Below, piece after piece: positions 20,001 through 28,549 of a stretch of DNA of 39,053 nt. The notes under the pieces are model-generated. The model saw only the letters and a program-made list of their open reading frames with translations, did not search any database and was not told the origin of the DNA. The DNA lies in NCBI GenBank assembly GCA_013416795.1, contig RQSC01000314.1, forward strand, positions 79,251 to 118,303, read 5' to 3'. This DNA comes from Prasinococcaceae sp. CCMP 1430 (Eukaryota > Plantae > Prasinodermophyta). The position numbers and the translations under genes were made by a program. Numbering within the stretch: the first letter of the stretch is position 1; the number at the start of each line of letters is the position of its first letter.

Positions 20001-23000
20001 ACGACGGCGGCAATGGCCTCCTTGATGTTGCCCTTCGCTTTTGCGCCTCCGCAGGCGACCTCCGGATCGTCCGAGGAGCTTCGCTCACAGGCTCCTTTCC
20101 AAAGCAGCACGAGAGCGCCGGTGAAGCGCTCGAACGCGTCTGCAGCAGCATCGACGTACCCCGTCACAGGTGTGGCCGCAGCCTCGAGGATTGCTTCGAG
20201 GACGATGAGGGGATCAAGCTCGCGCAGAGATGTCTGGGCGGCCGGCAGAGCGGGCAACGAAGACATTCCATCTGCAGAAGCACCCGCTCCAGCTGCGGCA
20301 CCAGCAGCGGCGGTCGCAGCAGAGCCGCCCGCAGCGGCAGCTGCATTGGTCGCGTCGGCAGCATTGGCGGTCTCCGCAGCGGTGGCGTACGCGGCCTCCA
20401 CCTCCAACTCCTGTGTTGCACACGTCTTCACATACCCCCCAGCAGAGAGCATGGCGAGGTGCGTGCTGATGGCGTTGTTGAAGGGCTTGGCACTGTCCTC
20501 CATGCCCGGCAAAGCCGCCGCCGAGATGCACGTGGTCAAGATCTGACACACAACCTGACTCTCAGCGAGTAGCTGCATGCGTGTGCGTGCCCCCCCGGCA
20601 GCGGCCGCATGTGCAGCCTGCCCGGCAGCAGCAGCCTGCGCGCCCGCGCCCTCCGCATCCTTGCAGCCAAGAAGGGCATCGGCCAAGTCCTTAGCGGCCG
20701 TGGCCTTGCCACGCATGCCGAGCGCTGCCGATGCACATGCGTGCAGCACGCGCAGCGAAGCCTTTCGTGCCGCAGGCTCCGTGTTGATGATGCACGCACG
20801 CCGAACGAAGGCGATGACCTTGTCCAGCGGCACCAAAAACGGGGTCGAAGGCGCAAACGTGAGCAGCACACGGAAGCCGTGCTCCGGGTACTCTTTGCAC
20901 TGCACCCCTGCGCTTTCGTCGATCATGCGGCTTGAACGCCCACCCAGCTTGCCGAGCAGCTGCAGGGCCTTGGCTCCGAACTGGAACGGCGGCGGGCGCA
21001 CCAAGCTCCACAGCGCGCCGACCACCCGTGGCGCAAGCGCGCCGAGTTCGTCCTCAAGGAAGTCGGGGCTGAGCTTGTCGATCCAAGACTCGCACACGCG
21101 CAGGCCAAGCTGGGTGAGCTCCGCGGGTGGAGACCACGCGATGCTTTCGTCCTTTTCGATGGCCAAGAGTACGGGGCGAACCAGCATGCTGAGGTGCGGC
21201 ATCAGGCTTGCGAGGCGGGCGGGCATGTTCAAGCACGTCTCGACGACATACGCGCGGTGTGCGAGGCCAGCCGGCGAGTCCAGAAGGCTCACCACAGCCT
21301 GCAGCGTCCCGGGCAGGAGGGGCACAAACTCGGCGTAGAGCACCTCCGATCGAGTCTGCGCTAGCGCTCGGAAGAGCTTGCGAGTGGCGTCCAGAAACGC
21401 GCCCAGGGGCTCACCGTTCTCGATCGCCTTCCTCAGCCGCATCACCAGCGGGCCCACGTGCGGGCGTGACAGCCTGTCGGCGTCGTTCGGCATGCTCGCA
21501 ACTAGCGAGCACAGCAGCGAGATGAGCTTCAGGCTGAGGCGCGCCGCAGCGCTCTCCGGGTCCGCGAGGATCTCCAGTCTCTTCGGCGACGCTAAGTAGC
21601 CCCCGAGCACGTCGGCGAAGGGCCGCCCGGTCTGTGGGTGCGCCACCAGGGCCGCGGGTACGGTGCCGAGCGCATGGTTCTCAATCATGCCCTGGAAAAG
21701 CACGTCAAAGTGCATCGAGAAGATGTCACGGAAGTTATGCGGCTCAAGCACGGTGAACATAGCCGCAAAGTGCTCGAAGATTTCCTTGTCCGTAGGCGGA
21801 AAGAGCGATAGACACGGGACGCCATGCTTGAGCATCCCTGTGGCGATGCGGACCTCGTCATTGGACATGCCGCGCGCCGGGGGCGGGGCCATGGTGTTCG
21901 CACCACCCTGCGCACCCCCGGAGCCACCGGCACCCACTGCCCCTGCGACGCCCGCAGCGCCTGTGCTCACGTCAACACCTTGTTGCTGGCGCTGCTGCTC
22001 GGTGAGGCGATTGAATTTGGTCACGCTCCACATCAACGTTTTCATGCCCATGATCAATGTCCGCAGCAGTGCCCGACAGTCCTGGATGTCCTTCGCGTGC
22101 GTGGTCACACTCTGCTGCAAGTAGAGGACCTCACGCTCTTTCTCATCGGCCTCACTTGCTTTGCCGGCATCCAAACTGGCCTCGCCAGCCCCATCGGTGA
22201 CCTTCGGCGCCCCCTCGGCGGCTGCGCTGGCCTTGGCGGACTGCTCCTTCTGCAAACGCTCCTGCTCCTTGATGAGCTCTTTGGTCACCGGCTGAAGCGC
22301 CTCGAGCTTCGACACGAAAGTCTCGAGAATGCGTCCGAGCAGCGCCCTTCCCTCGGCGCGGCTGAGTTCATCGCCGCGGCGGGTGAAGATGGACTCGACC
22401 AAGTTGAGCATCAGGCGCACGCAGGTCGTCTGCACGCTGGTAGGCAGCGTGGGGTCGTGCACGTTGCAGCTGAAGAGATGCACGATGCGCCGCAGCTGAT
22501 GCATTGAGAGCTCCAGGCGCACATGGTGCACGAGCTCCGCGAGGAGCGAGTAGCCCAGGGGGCGCAGCGTCTCCAAGCACGCGCGCCCCGAGCCCACGAG
22601 CACCTTCTCATCTAGCAGCGTTCCGATGCGCGCGTGAAAGCCCTGGCGGAACTCGGTCGCCAGCACATGGCGTGTAGCAACCAGCAGCTCCTTGCGGGTG
22701 GCCACGTTGTCTGGGCAAGTCACCAGCAAGTCCACGATGCCCTGGCTGACGCGATCCTTGTGAGGGCGCAAAGTGTCCGCACACGAGCGCAGCAAGTAGG
22801 TGAGGAAACTGACCGTCTTCACCTGGGCGGCCTTGAAGTCGGAGTACAGGTCGCGCAGCGTGGCGGGAATGGGCTGCGTCGGGCCCTTCAGAGCGATCAC
22901 GTTCACCATCAGCGGGAGGAGCACGTTGACATTCTGTCCGATGTGCTTAGGGTACAGCTGGAAGAGAAACATGACAATGAGCGGGCACTCGATGACGACC

Positions 23001-24031
23001 TTGAAAGAGCGCTTCGACGGCGTGTCGGCGGACGACACGCTCGACGAGCCCGAGCCACTGATACCCCCGTCGATTCCTCCCTCGCCCGGACCCCCCTCGG
23101 CGGAGGGCAGGGTCCCGCCGGTAGCCGCAGTGCCGGCGCCGCCAGTAGCTGCAGCAGCGTCGGCCCCGCCGGCCTGGGCACCTGCCTCAGCGCCCTCGGC
23201 CTTGGCCTTGTCAGCCTGTTGGCCCGATCCCGAGCCGTCGTTGCCTGCGCTCGCGCCTTCCGCCGCACCGGCGGCCGCCGAGGCCCCTCCGCTCGTGCCC
23301 GCGGCGCCCTTGGCTGCGGCCGCAGCCTGCGCCGCGGCTTCGAGGTCCGTCCTCTCCTTCTCCACCGCCTTGGCCAGATCGGCTGCCGCGTTCGGGGCCT
23401 GTTCGTACAGCGAGCACACGAACTTCAGGAAGGGCGCGACGTGATCTTCAAGCGTTGGGCGGAAGTTCTTGTGAAGATCAAAGATGATGCGAAGGCAGAT
23501 GAGCGCGCACGCCTCCTTGTCCACCTCAAGCACGTGCAGGCACAGCGCCATGAGCTGCTGCACGTACGGGCGCAGAAACTCGTTGTGCGGCAAGCGATTG
23601 AGCACCTCCAGCAGGACCTTGCGCAGCTTGGACTCCTGCCTGGCGCGCTTCATCGCCGCCGCCGCGGTCGCCGCGCGCTCCTTCTGCGCCTCCTTGTCTG
23701 CACTATCGTCCTCTTTGTCTTTCGCCTCGTCCTCCGCACCGTCCGCGGGCGCCGCAGCCGGCGCCGCGGCGGGCGCGGTGCCTGGCGGCAGCTCCAGTGG
23801 CGGCTGGATGGCCGCCGGGGCGGACGCGTCGCCTGCGGCAGTCACCGGCCTGCTCAGCAGCTTCTGGAAGACGGGGAAGTAGTGCTGCAGGAAGCCCTGG
23901 TACTCTGCGGTGTGCACGATCTCGATGGAGTCACGCACCTGGTTGGCCAGCTCGAGCTGGCGCTCGATGCTCACGCCATCGGCGGTGAACTCGCCCGCGT
24001 GCTCCGCGAACTTCTTCGCGTCGAGCATCAT
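11033..24031 (-). CDS. TRRAP: TRRAP/Tra1, PIKK-family pseudokinase scaffold of SAGA/NuA4; single exon, about 4332 aa
   Basis: Start MMLDAKKFAEH...LELANQVRDSIEIVHTAEY. Motifs include FKVVIECPLIVMFLFQLY, RKELLVATRH, ELIKFGWNHLK and IWIRYTKKIL, plus the FAT domain (WRLRLPNEWD, YFPGQHKAEIFRLRG), a degenerate kinase domain and FATC ...MDAVWHPWM*. Confidence 0.98.
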   Translation of the reverse strand: MMLDAKKFAEHAGEFTADGVSIERQLELANQVRDSIEIVHTAEYQGFLQHYFPVFQKLLSRPVTAAGDASAPAAIQPPLELPPGTAPAAAPAAAPADGAEDEAKDKEDDSADKEAQKERAATAAAAMKRARQESKLRKVLLEVLNRLPHNEFLRPYVQQLMALCLHVLEVDKEACALICLRIIFDLHKNFRPTLEDHVAPFLKFVCSLYEQAPNAAADLAKAVEKERTDLEAAAQAAAAAKGAAGTSGGASAAAGAAEGASAGNDGSGSGQQADKAKAEGAEAGAQAGGADAAAATGGAGTAATGGTLPSAEGGPGEGGIDGGISGSGSSSVSSADTPSKRSFKVVIECPLIVMFLFQLYPKHIGQNVNVLLPLMVNVIALKGPTQPIPATLRDLYSDFKAAQVKTVSFLTYLLRSCADTLRPHKDRVSQGIVDLLVTCPDNVATRKELLVATRHVLATEFRQGFHARIGTLLDEKVLVGSGRACLETLRPLGYSLLAELVHHVRLELSMHQLRRIVHLFSCNVHDPTLPTSVQTTCVRLMLNLVESIFTRRGDELSRAEGRALLGRILETFVSKLEALQPVTKELIKEQERLQKEQSAKASAAAEGAPKVTDGAGEASLDAGKASEADEKEREVLYLQQSVTTHAKDIQDCRALLRTLIMGMKTLMWSVTKFNRLTEQQRQQQGVDVSTGAAGVAGAVGAGGSGGAQGGANTMAPPPARGMSNDEVRIATGMLKHGVPCLSLFPPTDKEIFEHFAAMFTVLEPHNFRDIFSMHFDVLFQGMIENHALGTVPAALVAHPQTGRPFADVLGGYLASPKRLEILADPESAAARLSLKLISLLCSLVASMPNDADRLSRPHVGPLVMRLRKAIENGEPLGAFLDATRKLFRALAQTRSEVLYAEFVPLLPGTLQAVVSLLDSPAGLAHRAYVVETCLNMPARLASLMPHLSMLVRPVLLAIEKDESIAWSPPAELTQLGLRVCESWIDKLSPDFLEDELGALAPRVVGALWSLVRPPPFQFGAKALQLLGKLGGRSSRMIDESAGVQCKEYPEHGFRVLLTFAPSTPFLVPLDKVIAFVRRACIINTEPAARKASLRVLHACASAALGMRGKATAAKDLADALLGCKDAEGAGAQAAAAGQAAHAAAAGGARTRMQLLAESQVVCQILTTCISAAALPGMEDSAKPFNNAISTHLAMLSAGGYVKTCATQELEVEAAYATAAETANAADATNAAAAAGGSAATAAAGAAAGAGASADGMSSLPALPAAQTSLRELDPLIVLEAILEAAATPVTGYVDAAADAFERFTGALVLLWKGACERSSSDDPEVACGGAKAKGNIKEAIAAVVARLSHACYEEGWARRVASTRLLGMAILCLRDLDLLSLELAVPAIHAYLHVLSFCKMPAPMELIKAARKNLQGLMAAAFPARIVPAATEPAAVEASGDKQPEAKAGDGKEKDKKKDGSDEDKEKDGSDDAQTEGEAGGSDAPAALSEEAQKYLAELCKAMAVKLLTPATVPACRDACIEGLQHAARVRDVSVKELMEPYLEDQLKQVLARPFSSRPLAEQAGLADTLTFCMEQTPPLVAIDEKVVPILCEALITADQEMLATGGKNTRATPALEAVSLAAVRMLAASLALDSLTMTIPQALMPAPVPANPGAQPPPAPAPVELRSKAVSVFFLCLIRGRDDVAAPAKKGIQTALDRKNLPKELLQSSLRPILLNLATYRTLNLPLLNGLADLLSLLSAWFNKSLGEKLLEHLERWMYPERLAADQTAWKPGEDAKVAAAIIELFHLLPDVAQEFLPRLVPLVDGLERALPAVDLPSEVCSILEAPLSKYLCKYSSQSVDYFLDKLSDPQQYRRLVSVIAKPEGKELLEELLKSADKVLAVTFGQRQEPSGSVAGSTVVATTTNTGPTGDIITVVTTTEAGGQPTVANAGAGATAQGAAADAGNKEQGTAQPMDTDAPAPGSMGGAGALTALTSAHPARFEGIGLIAELVRLSPRWLLENPRLFDAVCAAWADPSRRERIKDEERLPEHQVHESERLLHCLVACVREDRTRNRLLFKLLSALTVSSRVDYTFVRELFSEDVAKKYSAAEQRAVLTEFLAIFKERALPQSELVLGLQHIVLPIIEAITGEGSENRASEVVDAEIVSGIVSTLLDPAEDVSAHYSESLRVELLQLATELIRKMPNELTPHRKELIKFGWNHLKRDGCSSKQWAFVNVCHFLEVYQAPEKIILQVFVALLRACQPEGRALVRKALDVLAPALPRRLSSGEHRFPIWIRYTKKILVEESHSMPHLIHIWQLVVRHPDLFYESRAQFVPQIINTLSRLGLPTNAPPENRRLALDLVTLVIDWEVKRKRLAASVGSAEGGAGDSATGSKRQREDGPAAADAEPDAKKTKDAAASGGQAGAEAAGTAAASAGDGAEGGAAMEVDAAGGAAAADGKQAQQQPQQQKQKQRKLSDWSLNAAMEELVMSFLTRMMFAAAEAKGKDREVTALYPHALAIFQRVVKMWPATSIRLNYLDKHFQHQNVPTSVLLAVLHVYNAALETQGSAFLLAQSSSGTHTNLQQIGNVLQRCFQVCDPVLHGPLASVCASVSCVPPQTGLDTLQQKLEEFTVQHLLSGSEASARQAQAQAQGNPLPPPPTEHCAGTKQAICASQILIALMEEVSKRGLLPDVNKRVDGVALGGGGGAVGNPAMSMSIAAPLTPLSQRVGRLMAAALKLLHRYGKERLWRLKFDAHTAAAQLNAPPSIAALDNVRRLLLLLCEQMPRYPALKKGFLQALVLLIQTGDTDPNALMAVLAVLRQWLRTGGKIGSPGALQTNEVVLFLQRLASIDRADTENVARREAQRGKDQSRLRAWKDEFLRLLEDLACAPDPSSAAVQVDAGSNGPPTSAKAGTEADAKGDAKADVKAGAKQGVKADDGVGTVPADLRRDAFDKVERAFMIGLRANDPEVRRKFFERYHAAIDTQLYARLLAIVGQQEWEAVSSTFWLTQAVRLLLAILKKKEPITLAPNSAAMPAIGVAAAGAEAPQAQERQPPAGAGSAAAKEDTQGGKPEGMDVDAAPKSSGPDHEGAEEGKGDDQSGGAPAESAASPLEELFEQHSAWLSSLSSLCVEDLIEPLEEIAHSDAQLSCSLWVIFFPITWAALDKQNQVQVVKPMIALLSKECHLRQAQQRPNVMQALLESISLSLPQPKVPSELIRFIGRTYNTWHVAIPMLESHVNLFPQDTRCFDALADLYRLLGEHDMIAGLWRKRCNAKETASGLALMQHGMYARAQDVFSNCLTQVYDGNFQEAMKKAEICLWEDSWVQCARQLNQWDQVAEFARVIDHSEMQLESLWKLGDWQQLRESVFPKAQCEETPALKCVTARAALQAGSVEAGDTAVRQGVLLALHRWWALPPVGVQAHADLLFRFQQLVELQESARVLVEIGHASRSQQHACTELKDILETWRLRLPNEWDSVERWSEMVHWRSHMHNVVINAFKDFHAVNPPLHQLGFRDKAWSVNRLAHIARKHGMSRVCVSVLNKMYGFATMEVQEAFVKICEQAKAHLGPPAELKQGMNLLNTTNLEYFPGQHKAEIFRLRGEMLQAQGDNEGARQAFSTAVSIFKRLPKGWHSWAVHCDKMSSEANAGSASGWLEHAVAAYAQAARAGSSKQRAAATRLMSMVALDACAGGSNLAANALSGYLDIIPLHVWLPWIPQLLVGLQRAEEGVARNILGRLAVAYPQALYCALRTSLLERQPMARSAQMAQQGKPASQHVVAQARAFDAAKECMERLRQQHGALSLELEAVLTELGSKFNPRPEERLLGIIDAFLLRCFKHQASSNSPPPPNFAKELGVLGRSCFSDEACQRHASFAKRYKECFEADFTTADKFASTLGGLQRRLKRWRSVLRQDVRARIPTSLRLEVESPVLAAYRARDLEMPGQYLDPSGSDVDVSLTAKLSHFAADVPIVRRRDASHRRVGLVGVDGRVAHFIVQTSVKTSERGDERALQLLRAVNRLLLKHPECRRRRLALRLPVVVPVWPQVRMVEDDADTVSLGEVYNLHCARYGRDPDQPVVYFKDVVSQAASSARGDAAAAAPALMAARKQAYQDISSKLISENLLNQYVYKTIPNGTHLWIFKRHFTSQLALWSLLGSALRVGGRTPARMLFSRRGGSFMHADFRVELDRSCNLEQPEAVPFRLTRNLQSFATPFGVEGLLVASMAASAQAVLGDPRKSQLRDFLALYFRDEVVTWDGRVQQAVAAATAAGQGPPNPTPPLEPGFVRERSLALASSVAGSLAKCVPSRSSGAGPPAGGAKRGQLSVPPVHAGVAELVAAAINPANIVSMDAVWHPWM

Positions 24032-24199
24032 CGCGCTTCGGTTGGCGGCGCTGCGCCGCGCGACGCCCGCTGCCGCCGCGGCCGCACGGCGGGCGAGCCC
24101 GCAGCTCAGGGGCGAGGGGGGCTGCCGGGGGGAGGCAGGCAGGCGGGCCCGCGGGGGCGCGCGCGCGCACGCCTCCGCCGCCTCGCCTCCTTCCCGCGG

Positions 24200-24600
24200 A
24201 CAAAACACAAACAAAAAAAAAGCGCAGTGCGTACTAAACACCGCGGAATTGGAATCGATCCATCAAAATGCGTCTCGTTTCGCCCGCTTTTCGGAGCGCT
24301 CGAGCCGCCTTTCCGAGATATTTTTTTTGAACGCCCCCGGGCGCCCCCGCGGGCGCCGCGTCGCGCCATACTTTCGCAGGGGCGTTTTTTTTTCTTTTTT
24401 TTTTGGCGGCGCGGCCGCGCGCTTTTCGCCGAAAACGCGCCGGCCTCGCGCGCCATTAATTCAAACCCTGACCCAAAGCTATACCCTAATGTACGCACGG
24501 TTTCGTAACCGTAACCTCCGCCGTCGACGGAGGCGCCGCGCGCGTTTCCCAAGAGTTTCCCGTGGGTGCATTTGTTTTTGTTTTGCCTGATTATGTAAAG
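24200..24600. promoter_or_regulatory. AT-rich island with poly(dA:dT) tracts; putative bidirectional promoter of TRRAP and NAA60
   Basis: A- and T-tracts at about 24213, 24320 and 24386, ACCCTAA at about 24482, and CGTAACC twice (24504, 24510), all lying between divergent ATGs at 24031 and 24730. Confidence 0.65.
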
Positions 24601-24729
24601 GAAGGCGCCGGGTGCGCCACAGCGCGCGCGCGCGCGGCGCGCCGGAGGGCGCGGGGCTCTCCACCTGCTCCCTCCCGGCCCAGCTTCCCCCCCCCCCCTG
24701 GCCGCCCGTCGCACCTCCGCGCGGATCGG

Positions 24730-25827
24730 ATGGCGCCCGCGCCGCCGGCGTGCGTGCGCTTCCGCGAAGTGCGCCCCGGGGACGTCGACGCGCTGCGCGC
24801 CGCGCACGCGCGCCTCTTCCCCCTGCAGTACGAGCGCGAGTTCTACGACGCGGTGCGCAGCAGGGGCGAGGGCGTCGAGTGCATCGTGGCGGTGGCGGCG
24901 CGCGGCGCGTACGAAGAGCTGGCGGCGGGCGAGGACGGGGGTTTAGAGCCTGCTGCGAGCACGGTTGGCGAGGAGGCGCACCCGCTGTGCCCAGACACCA
25001 GCACGGGGCCGCTGTGGGTCGGGGATGCGGCAGAAGGAGAGGCGGTGGAGGAGCTCGTGGGCTTCGTCACCTGGCGACAGATGGCCGAGACGGACGTGGA
25101 CGCCGGCCTGCTCGCGGCAGACTCTCACCCGTGCAGGCCTGCGAACGGAGGGGCGCCGGCTGCTCTGGGCCAGCGGTGCGGCGCGTACGTGCTCACGCTG
25201 GGCTCCGTGTCCCGATGGCAGCGGCGCGGGGTGGCCGCAGCGCTGCTGCAGCGTGCTGTTGGCGGCGCGCAGCGCGTGCGTCGCTGCAAGTGCATCTACC
25301 TGCACGTGGCGACGTACAACACGGCAGCCATTAGGCTCTACGAGGCGCACGGCTTTCGCAGGGCGCGCAAGCTCGAGAAGTTCTACGTCATCGACCAGTC
25401 CCTGCACGACGCGTTCAGCCTCATCAGATACTGCAACGGGGGCCATCGGCCGCTCAGCGACATGCCGGTTCCGGAGGCGGCCATTACCGTCGCTGCTGGC
25501 CTCGTTAGCTCACTCTGGCAGAGCCTGCGCTCCTTTGGCGGGGGGATGCACATGGCTCGTGTGGCAGGCGATGGCAGCAACAGAGCGAGCGCCGGCGCGG
25601 AGGGTGACGACGGGTCCACGCCGATGATCATCCCGCCGGCGGCGATCGCGATGGTGCGTGCTGCGAGTCGCGCGAAGAACCACAGAGACTCGCACTGCGC
25701 GCGGCGTGCGACCTTGCGCGAAGATGCGCGGCGATTGCTGACGCTCCGCGCCGCACTCTCAACCCAGGCGGGCTGGCACAAGCCGCAACGACTGCCAAAG
25801 CGGGAGCCACCAGCGGGGATCATATAA
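24730..25827 (+). CDS. NAA60: N-alpha-acetyltransferase 60-like GNAT (NAA60/MCC1 type); join(24730..25653,25768..25827)
   Basis: Motifs LFPLQYEREFY, AYVLTLGS..RWQRRGVAAALL, IYLHVATYNTAAIRLY..HGF and FYVID..LHDA...YCNGG, plus a C-terminal amphipathic segment (AGLVSSLWQSLRSFGG). Probable in-frame intron 25654-25767 (GTGCGT..GCTGAC..CCAG). Confidence 0.88.
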   Translation: MAPAPPACVRFREVRPGDVDALRAAHARLFPLQYEREFYDAVRSRGEGVECIVAVAARGAYEELAAGEDGGLEPAASTVGEEAHPLCPDTSTGPLWVGDAAEGEAVEELVGFVTWRQMAETDVDAGLLAADSHPCRPANGGAPAALGQRCGAYVLTLGSVSRWQRRGVAAALLQRAVGGAQRVRRCKCIYLHVATYNTAAIRLYEAHGFRRARKLEKFYVIDQSLHDAFSLIRYCNGGHRPLSDMPVPEAAITVAAGLVSSLWQSLRSFGGGMHMARVAGDGSNRASAGAEGDDGSTPMIIPPAAIAMVRAASRAKNHRDSHCARRATLREDARRLLTLRAALSTQAGWHKPQRLPKREPPAGII

Positions 25828-25988
25828 TATGCGGCACTGTTCGTTGTGCCTGCTTTGACGTCCAATGTCGCACGAGCGCCAGATGGACGCGACTAACCCC
25901 GATAGACTAGCAGAGTCCAGGGGTGCTGACAGCTGCACCAGCGTCGGGTTTGCTCAGAGATCTAGTCATGGCAGTGGACCATTTTAGT

Positions 25989-25993
25989 TTACA
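25989..25993 (-). terminator. TGTAA poly(A) signal candidate for the AAA ATPase
   Basis: TGTAA on the minus strand about 20 nt after the stop at 26011. Confidence 0.4.
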
Positions 25994-26010
25994 TCATGCA
26001 CATTCGCACA

Positions 26011-28549
26011 TCACACGCCCCCGCGCTTCAACCGGAACTCCTCGTACCGCGACAAGTCCGCGCTGGCCAGCGCCGGTGACATTGCCGCTCGCGCGTCTGC
26101 GAAGTGCCTGGCACACACGCGCTCCTGGTCAATGCTCTCGCGGAGCGCCGCTAGCGCCGCCTCACGGCAGAGTGCCTCGAGCTCCGCTCCGCTGAACTTG
26201 TCCGTGAGCGACGCCAGGACCGCCAGATCGACGTCGTCGGCGAGCGCCAGGCCCGCCGCGTGCACTTTGAGCACCTGGAGGCGCGCGTCGACGTCCGGCG
26301 GGGGCACGTACACAGCAGCATCGAGTCGGCCGGGACGGAGCAGGGCCGAGTCGACCATATCAGGTCGATTGGTGGCCGCGATGACGATGACCCCTCCACC
26401 GCCCGAAATGCCGTCCATTTCAGTAAGGAGCGTTGCGAGCAGCCTCTGCCCGACGCCATTACGTCCGTCACTGCGATTGACGCCCAGCGCGTCGATCTCG
26501 TCGAGGAACAAGATCGCGGGCGCCGCGTCACGCGCACGCTGTTGGCGGCGCGGGCGTCAGGCATTCGGCGACCGCGAAGGTAGGCAGACTCTCGCAGTGA
26601 AACGCAGCGCAAGCGCCCCCGCGCCTGCAAAGCACGCGCGGCGCGTGCTTGGGCGCACACACACGGCTCGCTCAGACGGTTGATCCTGATTGTCCTCCAT
26701 GGACGACGAGCCGCTGTCACACGGCCCGTCGTCAGGCAATCAAAAGCGTCATCCTGGCGATGGCGCGCGCACAAGGGTGTTCGCAGAGGCGCTAGCAGGC
26801 ACGTCGCACCTTGAATGCCCTCCGCAGCAGGCGCTCGCCCTCTCCTACGTACATCGAGAAGAGATCTGCCCCGCTCAGGGGCACTAACGGCACCTTGGCG
26901 TCCGCCGCCGCCGCGCGGACGAGCATGGTCTTGCCAGAGCCAGGAGGCCCGTAGAGAATCGCGCCGCGTTGTGCGCGGGCGCCGAGCCGTGCGAGCGCCT
27001 GCGGCCTGCGCAGAGGAAGTTCGACGCATCGCCGCAGCGATGCCTTCGCGCTCTCAAGCCCGCCAACGCTGCTGTAAGAGGCTTTCGGGCCGCCTCCAGC
27101 AGCGACTCCTGTCTCGGGCATGGCCACGTTCATGCCGCGCGTTGCGGACGGCCGCACGGCCCGCAGCGCAGACGCGAAGTGTGCGGCTGTCACCCTCGCG
27201 TCGGCGCCTTCAACATCCTCCTGACTTCCTTTGGCGCAGTCGTCTCGCGCAGCAGCCTCGCGGACGGCTGCCATGGCCGCCTCCCGACAGACCGACGCAA
27301 GGTCAGCGCCCGTGTACCCCCGAGCGGACGCTGCGATGGCGTCGACGTCAACACAGGCTGCGAGGGGCGTGGAGGCACACTTGACGCGCAGAATGGCCGC
27401 GCGCGCCGCCGCATCTGGCGGGGGGACCTCGATCTCCCTATCGAGCCTGCCGGGCCGCCGCAGCGCGGGGTCCAGGGCGTGCGGCCGCGATGTCGTCGCC
27501 ACCACGAGGGCGCGGTGGCGTGGCGGCGTGCGCTCCGGGCCGCTGCCGTTCCCGCCGCCGTCCATGCTTGCCTCTACCTCCTCCCGGCTCGCGGTTTTGC
27601 TACCGCCACCGCTGCCACCGCTGCTGCTGTCATCTCCTTGCATGAGCGTGAGTAATTGCGCGACCAGCCGAGCGTCGTGGCCGCCGCCTCCGGCCTCTCG
27701 CCGCGGGCAGAGCGTGTCGACGTCCTCGAGAAGCAGCAATACCGGCGGGGAGCCGGCCCGGGCCGCGGCGGCGTCAGCAGCGTCAAATCTCTCGCGTAGA
27801 TTTTGCTCACTCTCTCCGGCGAAAGCACCCACGACGTCCGACGCAGATACGGTGTGCACCTCGGCGCCGCACTCGTCGGCGATCGCTCGGCACACGGCGG
27901 ACTTGCCGACGCCGGATCCGCCCCACAGCAGCACTCCGCGCGGCCAGCGCACGCCTAGCGCGTGCGCCGCGGCCTCGTGCTCGCGCGGCCACAGCAGCAG
28001 CTCGCGCAGCGAAGCGCACACGGCGTCAAGACCCGCCACCACGCTCTCGGCGCGCGGGCCTCGCGCAGGTCGTGGCGCGCTCCTCTCGAGCACCGTCACC
28101 GAGGTGGCGGGCGTCACAAGGAAGTACTCCGTCGCTGGCGGCCTGCCCGCGGCCTTGGGCGACGCAGCGGGCGGCGCCGCCGCACCCGCTGCTGAGACGT
28201 CTGCGACGACAAACTGAGCGCCACCCCCAAGCCTCAACGTGCAGCCGGCGCGCACGGGCGCGCCTGCGAGCACCTTTGAGAGGAGCCGCGCCTCTGCGGC
28301 CTCCGCCTTGTCGACGTCACCGGTGGGGCGCAGCGACAGCGCCGCTGCCATGCACACCTTCGCGTGGCGCTCCAGCGGCTCAAGTCGCGCCTCCAGCCGC
28401 GCTCCTGAGTGGCCATCGATGACCTCTTCGACACCGGCGGCGGCGGTGGCGGCAGGCTCCTGCACCAGCGGCTCGAATGCGACAGTGCGATCTGCGTCAG
28501 GGTCCGAGTGGTCCGTTGCTGCTTGCGGCGCAACCAGGAACGTCGCCAT
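26011..28549 (-). CDS. Two-domain AAA+ ATPase of the CDC48/AFG2(SPATA5)-like family; complement(join(26011..26538,26810..28549))
   Basis: D1: GVLLWGGSGVGKS...LRRPGRLDREIEV. D2: GAILYGPPGSGKT, then after intron 26809-26539 (phase 0) RARDAAPAILFLDEID...ATNRPDMVDSALLRPGRLD. The start ATG 28549 is the first in frame; the true 5' end may lie further upstream. Confidence 0.93.

Noticed and set aside
11037-24500. Many long antisense/alternative ORFs over TRRAP (e.g. 15626..17371, 22634..24508) and the 70-aa extension to 24241
   Set aside because: Shadow ORFs expected from codon bias. TRRAP similarity begins at MMLDAKKF (24031).
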